Below the pieces are notes generated by a model. The model was not told the DNA's origin. It did no database searches and saw nothing but the letters and a program-made list of their open reading frames with translations. A DNA stretch of 64,000 nucleotides from Alphaproteobacteria bacterium (GTDB lineage: Bacteria; Pseudomonadota; Alphaproteobacteria; GCA-2731375), in assembly GCA_965232515.1 (NCBI GenBank), contig CBDDPY010000002.1, positions 6,656,001 through 6,720,000 on the forward strand, written 5' to 3'. Both the position numbers and the translations under genes were made by a program. This document shows positions 57,013 to 64,000 of this stretch, one piece after another (the first letter of the stretch is position 1; every line of letters starts with the position of its first letter).

Positions 57013-57927
57013 TTAAGCGCTGGCGGAGAGGGCAGGAGCGCTGGCCACGGCCTGCGAACGCGCGTTGGCATTGACGAATGTTGAGATCTGTCGGTGGGTT
57101 GAATCCGGGGTAAATCCGGTGACCCGCTCGAGCTTGCTGGTGTCGATCCAGAAGCTTGGCGGGCGTTCGCCGTCATCCACCAGCTCGGAGCGTGAACCAC
57201 AAAGCTCGCGCATCCGCGCAAGGGTCTCGCGCAGCGGCTGGGGCGCCGTGGCGGCCGCGTTCACGACGTGATGGCCGTTGGGACCGGATCCGATCACGTG
57301 GTCGACCAGCCTGTTCAGTTCGCTGGCGTCGAGCAGATTGTTGAACGGCCGGTCGCCGTTGACGAAGGTGACGGGACGGTTGTCATTGAGCGCCTGCAGC
57401 ACCTGGCCGATCCAGGCGCGGAAGTAGCCCGGACCGGTGATGCCGGGCAGGCGCAGACACAAGACGTCGCACGTGTTCGGCAAGTCCAGCAAGATCTCCT
57501 CGGCTAACCGCTTTGTCCGGCCGTAGAGGTTGGGCGCTCGCGGCTCTTCCGTCTCGCGCAGGCACGATCCGTCGATGCCGCCGTAGACGCTTAGCGTAGA
57601 GAGATAGATCAGGCCTCGGACATTGGCCTGATCGACATAGCGGGCAATGTGCAGCGCGCCATCGACATTCGTTCGCGCATAATCGGTGGCGGTCAGCGTC
57701 GGGTCCAGATGCGTGACAGCGGCGGCGTGCACCACCCAATCGACGTCGGTCGGAAGGTCGAGCGGATGCCGCAGATCGGCCTGCAGGATCCGATGCCGGT
57801 CGTCCGCCGGCAGCGACGGCGGCGTGCGATGATAAACGCTGAGGACATGGTGGCCGCGTGCCAGCAAGTCTGCGGCCATCAGACGGCCGATGAAGCCGCC
57901 GGCCCCGGTGACGAGCACGCGGCTCAT
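57013..57927 (-). CDS. NAD-dependent epimerase/dehydratase family protein
   Basis: VLVTGAGGFIG, HAAA, YLSTLSVYG and YGRTK. Confidence 0.88.
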   Translation of the reverse strand: MSRVLVTGAGGFIGRLMAADLLARGHHVLSVYHRTPPSLPADDRHRILQADLRHPLDLPTDVDWVVHAAAVTHLDPTLTATDYARTNVDGALHIARYVDQANVRGLIYLSTLSVYGGIDGSCLRETEEPRAPNLYGRTKRLAEEILLDLPNTCDVLCLRLPGITGPGYFRAWIGQVLQALNDNRPVTFVNGDRPFNNLLDASELNRLVDHVIGSGPNGHHVVNAAATAPQPLRETLARMRELCGSRSELVDDGERPPSFWIDTSKLERVTGFTPDSTHRQISTFVNANARSQAVASAPALSASA

Positions 57928-58526
57928 TTTGACCGGTCGGTGGAAAGACCCTCGATGGCGCATTCGACCGCGCGCAGCAGCCGTCGCCGCCCTGCCTTGT
58001 CATCGGCGGCCGGCGCCCAGTCGGGGTAGGTGGCGTCCCGGTCGGGACGGAACGGCCCTGGCTTGGTCTCGTGATAGACGCACCAGCCGCTGAGCGGGTA
58101 GACCATGTGATATTGCCCGACCTCGATCCGGTAGATCAGGCAATCGTGACCGAGACGGGCGATGTCGACGATCTCGCCGTCGTCGTCGAAGACGATCGAG
58201 GCGAGCTGGCCATCGATGATCTGGTGCCCCTCGGCCTTTTCCAGATGCTTGTGCGGGCGGCAGTAGATCCCCCGCCGTTGCACGATGATCATCTGGTGAA
58301 AAGCATCGTTCCGGTCGCCGTGAATACAGATACGGGCGTTGTCGACCTTCTCGGCCTGCGCCGTTTGCTTCAGCCAGGCAATGATGTCGGGCCCGATCCC
58401 GCCCCTGGGATCGGTCTGCACAAATGACAACGACGCCGCGGACATGTCCTGGCGCAGGCCAGATGGAACGGTCAGCTGGGCGGTCGGCTCGGCCGGCGCG
58501 ACGGGGGGCTGGGCGAGGGCCGGCAC
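57924..58526 (-). CDS. WbuC-like cupin-fold metalloprotein
   Basis: ARICIH, HQMII, RPHKH..KAE, YHM and HETKPGPF..WAP. Start uncertain (GTG 58526 or ATG 58445). Confidence 0.8.
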   Translation of the reverse strand: MPALAQPPVAPAEPTAQLTVPSGLRQDMSAASLSFVQTDPRGGIGPDIIAWLKQTAQAEKVDNARICIHGDRNDAFHQMIIVQRRGIYCRPHKHLEKAEGHQIIDGQLASIVFDDDGEIVDIARLGHDCLIYRIEVGQYHMVYPLSGWCVYHETKPGPFRPDRDATYPDWAPAADDKAGRRRLLRAVECAIEGLSTDRSK

Positions 58527-58632
58527 CGGTTAGATCCCGGACCCGCCTGATGTTGATGCCGGCATATCGGACCGATGGACCGCTACGACCGTGCCGTTGG
58601 GCGTACGCGAAGCGACGCCGTATGGACATGCC

Positions 58633-58679
58633 TTACGCATGCGTTAATTTTGCGCCGTCTATGCTTAACAAACGTTTAC
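58633..58679. promoter_or_regulatory. Two CtrA-like boxes in a divergent promoter
   Basis: TTAC-GCATGCG-TTAA (58633-58647) and TTAA-CAAACGT-TTAC (58665-58679). Confidence 0.6.
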
Positions 58680-58748
58680 CGACCGCCTGCCCCCGGGGGC
58701 AGGCGCCGGCGGTTGTCGCGACGGCGTCCGGCGCTATATAAGGCGCGC

Positions 58749-59876
58749 ATGGAACGGATCGATCTCGATGGTCTCCAGAGAGGGGCGCGGGTTGTCGTGG
58801 CCATGTCCGGCGGCGTCGACTCGTCGGTCTGCGCCGCGCTTTGCCATGAGGCCGGCTATGACGTCATCGGCATCACGCTGCAGCTCTACGACCATGGCCA
58901 GGCGGCGCGGCGCCCCGGCGCCTGCTGCGCCGGCGTCGACATCCATGACGCCAAGCGGGTGGCCGAGCGCCTCGGCATTGCCCACTATGTGCTCGACTAC
59001 GAGGATCGTTTTCGCCAGTCGGTGATGGACGATTTTGCCGACAGCTATCTTGCCGGCGAGACGCCGGTGCCTTGCATCCGCTGCAATCAGACCGTGAAGT
59101 TCCGGGATCTCCTGGGCACCGCCCGCGAGCTTGGCGCCGAAGCGCTGGTCACCGGCCACTATGTCCGCCGGGTGGCGGGCGAGGCCGGCCCCGAACTGCA
59201 CCGCGCCGTCGATGCGGCGAAGGACCAGAGCTATTTCCTGTTCGCCACGACCGCGGCCGAGCTTGATTTCCTGCGCTTGCCCCTGGGCGAAATCGCCGAC
59301 AAGGCGGCGACCCGGGCGGTCGCCCATCGCCATGGCCTGCCGGTGGCCGAGAAGGCGGACAGCCAGGACATCTGCTTCGTACCGCAGGGCCGCTATGCCG
59401 AGGTGATCGAGCGCCTGCGTCCGGGCGCGGCCGATCCCGGCGAGATCGTCGACCAGGCGGGCCGGGTGCTCGGCCGGCATGACGGTATCATCCATTTCAC
59501 CATCGGCCAGCGCCGCGGCCTGGGCCTCAGCATGCCCGAACCGCTCTACGTGCTGCGGCTGGAGCCCGAAACCCGGCGTGTCGTGGTCGGCCCACGGGCG
59601 GCATTGCTGGAGCGGCGCATCGTCCTGAAGGACGTGAACTGGCTGGATAGCGCGGCCGTGCCGCCGGCCGGCCGGGCTGTCGGCGCCCGCATCCGCTCGA
59701 CCCGGCCGCCGGTCCCGGCCACCGTCTTCGCGGCGCTGGATGGGCATATCGAGGTCAGCCTGCACGAGCCTGAAGCCGGTGTGGCGCCCGGTCAGGCCTG
59801 CGTGCTCTACGACGGCAGCCGGGTTTTGGGCGGCGGCTGGATCGCCCGCGCCGAGGGCAACCGCGCCGCCGCTTGA
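58749..59876 (+). CDS. mnmA: tRNA 2-thiouridylase MnmA
   Basis: [40 protein letters not shown] and PGQACVLY. Confidence 0.96.
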   Translation: MERIDLDGLQRGARVVVAMSGGVDSSVCAALCHEAGYDVIGITLQLYDHGQAARRPGACCAGVDIHDAKRVAERLGIAHYVLDYEDRFRQSVMDDFADSYLAGETPVPCIRCNQTVKFRDLLGTARELGAEALVTGHYVRRVAGEAGPELHRAVDAAKDQSYFLFATTAAELDFLRLPLGEIADKAATRAVAHRHGLPVAEKADSQDICFVPQGRYAEVIERLRPGAADPGEIVDQAGRVLGRHDGIIHFTIGQRRGLGLSMPEPLYVLRLEPETRRVVVGPRAALLERRIVLKDVNWLDSAAVPPAGRAVGARIRSTRPPVPATVFAALDGHIEVSLHEPEAGVAPGQACVLYDGSRVLGGGWIARAEGNRAAA

Positions 59877-59902
59877 CAGCAAGGCCGCTTCGTCCCTATA
59901 TC
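59873..59902 (+). promoter_or_regulatory. Sigma70-type promoter of tRNA-Met
   Basis: TTGACA at 59873 and CTATAT/TATATC at about 59896-59902. Confidence 0.6.
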
Positions 59903-59939
59903 CACCGCCTGCGGCAGAGGTAGCGAGCCGCGTGCGTGT

Positions 59940-60016
59940 GGCGGGGTAGCTCAGTTGGTTAGAGCAGCGGAATCATAATCCGCGTGTCGGGGGTTCAAGT
60001 CCCTCCCCCGCTACCA
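59940..60016 (+). tRNA. tRNA-Met(CAT), elongator type
   Basis: 77 nt: GGCGGGG acceptor stem, TAGCTCAGTTGGTTAGAGC D-arm, GCGGA-ATCATAA-TCCGC anticodon arm, GTTCAAGTC T-loop, encoded CCA. Confidence 0.95.
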
Positions 60017-60140
60017 AATTTCCTGAATTAGAACAATCTGCTAGAAGTCCCGCTTGCACCTTGCGTGGTGAAGATGCAGCGCTGTGCCGGGGGCATTGAG
60101 CGGGAACCAAGAGGCGTGGAGCCGTGGCACGGACGCAATC

Positions 60141-60503
60141 ATGATCCGGTCGGGTGCGGGGATTGCCGTCGTTCTGATGCTCTTGCTGTCGGCCGATGGC
60201 AAGGTCGGCGCCTCGGCCCCGCGATTCTCCAACCTGCAGGTCTTGCCGGAAGACGCGACGCCGGCCGAGGTGTTCCAGGTCATGAAGCTGATGACCCGCG
60301 CGCTCGGGACCGAGTGCCGTGTCTGTCACCGCACCGGCGCGCGCGATTTTGCCGCGGACGCGGAGCCCCTCAAGGTCACGACGCGCGGCATGATGTGGCT
60401 GGAGTCGACGGTTCGCGGCGGCATTGACTGGCGCGAACCGCCCGCCGACCTGTGTGTCGACTGCCATCGAGGTCGGCTGCGGCCGCCGCCCGGCGGCGGT
60501 TGA
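60141..60503 (+). CDS. Small exported diheme c-type cytochrome
   Basis: Signal-like N-terminus, NLQVLP..MTRALGTECRVCH and CVDCH. Confidence 0.8.
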   Translation: MIRSGAGIAVVLMLLLSADGKVGASAPRFSNLQVLPEDATPAEVFQVMKLMTRALGTECRVCHRTGARDFAADAEPLKVTTRGMMWLESTVRGGIDWREPPADLCVDCHRGRLRPPPGGG

Positions 60504-60604
60504 GCGGTCGGCCGCAAAGGCGAGGCCGCGTATTCTCGTAATTTCGCGAAAGGGCTATGATCGGGGACGGTTGACAATGGTCGAACCGCCGGAGAAGCGA
60601 AACA

Positions 60605-63600
60605 TTGTCTCGCGCGCGACTGGCCCCGGTGCTGCTGCTTCTTGCGCTCTTTTCGTCGAGCCACGAGGCGCGGACGGCCGACACGCAGGATGGATACGCA
60701 GGCTCCAAGGCCTGCGAAGGCTGCCACACCTACATTTACAACCAGTGGCGGGGCACACGGCATAGCTTCTCCGTCAAGACGCCGGCCGAGGCGCGATCCG
60801 CCGGTTTCCCGTTGCCCCGGCCACGCCAAGGCGGCGGCGAGCTAACGATCCGGTCGTGGGACGACGTCGCTTACGTCATCGGCGGGCGGCAACGTATCGC
60901 CTATGCGGATGCCGCGGGTCGCGTTCAGGACACCAGCTATCACCATCGGACCGGGGGTTGGGATGCGTTTCCAACCAAGCCCATGTCCGTGTGCGGCCCG
61001 TGCCACTACACCGGCTTCGGCGTGGGCCCCGAACATTCGGACAATCCGGTGCTGCCCGGCCGCTGGGTCGAGCGAAACATCGGCTGCGAAGCCTGCCACG
61101 GACCGGGCGCGCGCCACGTCGAGAGCCTGGAGAAGGCGGACATCCAGGCCGACCCGTCGTCACGCGTCTGCGGTCAATGCCACACGGCGGTGGGCAAGGT
61201 CCTGCCCAAGGGCGAGCTGCATGCGACCCACGATCTGGTGCAGGGCTGGAACCAGGACCCGCACGTCACCGGCGTCCGCTGGAATTCCGACAACGCCTTC
61301 TGCGCGCGCTGTCACGCGCCCTATCAGGGCCACATTCCGGAGGCTGGCGAGGGTGCGGCGCGTCGGGTCTTTTCCGAGACGAAGCGGAACATCACCTGCA
61401 TCGGCTGTCACAATCCGCATCAACTGACCAATGCGAACTATGGGCCTGACAACGTCTTGCTGACGCCGCCGCTGCCAATCCCGTGGCATACCCACGAAGG
61501 CCATGATGCGGACTTTACGACCACCGACTACAAGGCCTGGGACAGCACCGATGAGGTCTGCGAACGCTGCCACCGGGGGGCGGATCGGGTCGATCTGGAT
61601 CACGCCAACGCGACGTGCCAGGACTGCCACAATCAGTTCAACCGCAACCATGGACGCGAGTCCCGACGGCTCCACGACGCCAACCACCCCGCGTTGAGCT
61701 GCCGTGGCTGCCATGAGGATGCCGACCACTTAATGGCGGTGCTTTACCGGGATCCCGACTTCCTGGCGCCAAAGCACATCCACAACCTGAGGACATTGCC
61801 GGCGCGGGCGCGGACGAAGTATGGCTTCCGCTACGCGGAGCTGATCCGGCCAGGCGCGCTGGCAACGAACGTCTCGATCCAGGAAACAGCGGCCGCGGTC
61901 GCAGAGCAGAACCCGAACGGCGATTTGCCGAACCAGCCAACCGTCATTCGGCAGACCGGATCTGCTCACCACGAGGCGCTGCGCGAACTGCTGTCAGCGC
62001 CGGTCCACCGCCGCCTCGCCGGGGACGAGACCGTGTCGGCGAAGCAACGGGCTCTATCCGAGGCGCCCGACTCTGTCGGTCGCTATCTCGACCTGGCTGA
62101 TGTCTACGCGGGGCAGGGTGAATTCTCGGCGGCACGGGAGATTATCGCGCACGGGCTGGCGCTCGACGCGAGCCGGCTCCTGCTGGAGCTGCCCTTCGGC
62201 CGAGACGCGGACAGGTCCGACATGGGCGAGACGGCCGAGGCCAGGGCTCGCACATTATTGCCGCCGTCCGCGTTGCCGGGCGAGGAGGCCCTTCGAGCTT
62301 GGCTTCAGGGCTATCTGGAAATGACCGAAGGACGCTTCGCGGACGCCGCCCGGACGTTGGCGTCCGTGCAAGCGGGTTCGACCGAGCGCGTGTCGTTGCG
62401 ATTTCATCTGGCGCTGGCCGAGTTGGGGCAAGGCCGCTATCGCGAGGCGCTCGTGGCAATCAAGGCGAACCTTCGTGCGAACCCTGAGCACCGGGCATCG
62501 AAAGTCGGGCTCGGATTCGTGCACCTCGCTCGGCGCCGATCCAAGCCCGCGATCGAGGCGCTGACGCGGGCGATCGCCGACCATCCCGGTGACGCCGCGG
62601 CGCTCTATATTCTGGGGCGCGCTTATCTGACTGGCCGGGATATGGCCAACGCCGTTCAGGCCTATCGGGCCGCGGTCGATGCCGATCCCAATTTTCTCTT
62701 GGCCCGGTTCGACATGGCGCGGGCCTATGGCTTCGGCGGACGACCCGATGCGGCGACGCGCGTTTATCGAGAAATCGTCCGCCGCCAGCCTGGTCTGTTT
62801 CAGGCCCGGTTCGAGCTTGCCAATGTCTTGAAGCTGCTGAGCGACAGGCTGGCCTATCAGCTGCAGTCCGCGCGCGAGACCAGCCCGCCCACGGACATCA
62901 GCGTCGCGCGCTGGCGGGACCGCCTGTCCGGTTGGGAGCGGGAAGTCGAGAAGTTCCGGGATCTGGCGCTCTCCGAGCTGGCGATCGCGGCCAGTGTCAG
63001 ACCCTCGGCGATCGAGGTGATCCGGCAGGTGGCCGAGATCTACCGGCAGTCTGGGCGCCTGTCCGAGGCCGAGCGGTTCTACCGGTGGCTGGCACGCCGC
63101 CAGCCCGAATGGTGGCTCTACCGGTATCGGCTCGGTGTCGTTCAAATCAGGCAGGGCCGCGACGCCGAGGCGATCGAGACGCTGACACGGGCGCTGACGA
63201 TGGCGCCGACGGACGGTGACACCTTTCTTGCGCTCGGCCTGGCGCAGATCCGCGCCGGCCGACTTGACGCCGCCATCGACACCTTCGAGCGCGGCAGGAT
63301 CTACGAACCGTTCAATCCGGCTCTCTACACCAATCTGGGCGCGGCATATGCACGCCGCGGCAATCTCGAACACGCGAGCGCCGCGCTCGAACGTTCGCTG
63401 GAGCTCGCCAGCTTTCCGCTGCCGCGTGTGCACCTGACACATACGAATCTCGCCATCGTGCGTATCAGGCAGGGCCGCCCCGAGGCTGCGGCTCAGTCGC
63501 TGAGACGCGCCCTGCACAGTTTTTCGCAGTACGCCTATGCCCGCGAGCTGCTCGACAGGCTGAATGCGGGTGAGCATCTGCACGAAGCTGACTCGCCGCC

Positions 63601-63670
63601 CGACGTCGTCTTCAACGATCTGCTCGAGCGCTTCGGCGAGGTCACGACGGTCGCGTTCGCCAATGACTAG
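60605..63670 (+). CDS. Exported multiheme (9 CxxCH) cytochrome c fused to a TPR array
   Basis: CEGCH, CGPCH, CEACH, CGQCH, CARCH, CIGCH, CERCH, CQDCH and CRGCH; C-terminal half is TPR-like; signal-like N-terminus. Confidence 0.85.
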   Translation: MSRARLAPVLLLLALFSSSHEARTADTQDGYAGSKACEGCHTYIYNQWRGTRHSFSVKTPAEARSAGFPLPRPRQGGGELTIRSWDDVAYVIGGRQRIAYADAAGRVQDTSYHHRTGGWDAFPTKPMSVCGPCHYTGFGVGPEHSDNPVLPGRWVERNIGCEACHGPGARHVESLEKADIQADPSSRVCGQCHTAVGKVLPKGELHATHDLVQGWNQDPHVTGVRWNSDNAFCARCHAPYQGHIPEAGEGAARRVFSETKRNITCIGCHNPHQLTNANYGPDNVLLTPPLPIPWHTHEGHDADFTTTDYKAWDSTDEVCERCHRGADRVDLDHANATCQDCHNQFNRNHGRESRRLHDANHPALSCRGCHEDADHLMAVLYRDPDFLAPKHIHNLRTLPARARTKYGFRYAELIRPGALATNVSIQETAAAVAEQNPNGDLPNQPTVIRQTGSAHHEALRELLSAPVHRRLAGDETVSAKQRALSEAPDSVGRYLDLADVYAGQGEFSAAREIIAHGLALDASRLLLELPFGRDADRSDMGETAEARARTLLPPSALPGEEALRAWLQGYLEMTEGRFADAARTLASVQAGSTERVSLRFHLALAELGQGRYREALVAIKANLRANPEHRASKVGLGFVHLARRRSKPAIEALTRAIADHPGDAAALYILGRAYLTGRDMANAVQAYRAAVDADPNFLLARFDMARAYGFGGRPDAATRVYREIVRRQPGLFQARFELANVLKLLSDRLAYQLQSARETSPPTDISVARWRDRLSGWEREVEKFRDLALSELAIAASVRPSAIEVIRQVAEIYRQSGRLSEAERFYRWLARRQPEWWLYRYRLGVVQIRQGRDAEAIETLTRALTMAPTDGDTFLALGLAQIRAGRLDAAIDTFERGRIYEPFNPALYTNLGAAYARRGNLEHASAALERSLELASFPLPRVHLTHTNLAIVRIRQGRPEAAAQSLRRALHSFSQYAYARELLDRLNAGEHLHEADSPPDVVFNDLLERFGEVTTVAFAND

Positions 63671-64000
63671 TCGGGTGTTAGGCGTCGTCGCCGGGCTGTT
63701 GGGCCTGCTGGCCATTGTTGAAGGCGCGATGCTGTGGCAGCTGCATCAAGAACACGCCACGGCCAGTATCGAACTTCGCGCCAGCAATGCCGGCCTGGAA
63801 CTCGGTCCGGAGCATGGACGGGTCTTTGTTCATCCGGCGGAGCGGACCGACCAACTCGTCGCCGAGGGCGCCCTTGAAGAGGAAATCGCGGTTGCGCCCG
63901 GGACCTACGACGTCCGCGTGCTGTTTACCCGCTCAAAGGACAACCAGAGCATTTGGCTCGACGACGTCGTGCTCGAGCGAGGTGCGCGGGCGACGCACAC
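63663..64000 (+). CDS. Membrane-anchored hypothetical protein (truncated at window end)
   Basis: ATG overlaps the previous gene's end; MTSRVLGVVAGLLGLLAIVEGAMLW...VAPGTYDVRV; open to the window end. Confidence 0.65.
   Translation, partial: MTSRVLGVVAGLLGLLAIVEGAMLWQLHQEHATASIELRASNAGLELGPEHGRVFVHPAERTDQLVAEGALEEEIAVAPGTYDVRVLFTRSKDNQSIWLDDVVLERGARATH

Noticed and set aside
60141-60503. Photosynthetic reaction-centre cytochrome (PufC)
   Set aside because: Only 2 hemes and about 120 aa, with no puf or bch genes; the motif similarity is family-level only.

Overview
This is a high-GC alphaproteobacterial chromosome segment; CtrA, ChpT, SciP, FlbD and a GAAC-N7-GAAC LexA box place it in that class. 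From left to right it contains five parts. (1) ackA (truncated) and fabI. (2) An accessory stretch (about 1.8-8.2 kb) holding an AT-rich two-gene cassette (343-aa soluble protein plus ~204-aa 4-TM protein). The cassette sits behind a sigma70-type promoter whose -10 lies inside a perfect LexA box. The stretch also has a frameshifted SRAP remnant, a DUF4336 gene flanked by duplicated composite repeats, and GNAT, HCCA-isomerase and methyltransferase genes. (3) A two-subunit NAD-linked formate dehydrogenase, then DUF3553-chpT-cheY-ctrA and a Caulobacter-like flagellar cluster (fliIJ, flhG/F/A, flbD, motA, fliNHGF, sciP, flgED-fliK, flgKL) with readable CtrA, sigma54, IHF and ftr sites. (4) A ~22-kb sugar-biosynthesis and glycosylation island between flgL and mnmA. 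It encodes three different TPR-fused transferase-like proteins, NeuB/NeuA, a B12 radical SAM enzyme, a pyranose mutase and several methyltransferases, with CtrA-like boxes at its divergent promoters. (5) mnmA, tRNA-Met, then a diheme cytochrome and a 9-heme cytochrome-TPR fusion. The best candidates for novelty are the SOS-controlled soluble+4TM (RexAB/Kiwa-architecture) putative defence cassette, the multi-TPR-transferase glycosylation island, and a Cys-less QueF-like protein at the end of the flhA-flhF-flhG operon. All family assignments come from motif recognition by eye; no database search was run.
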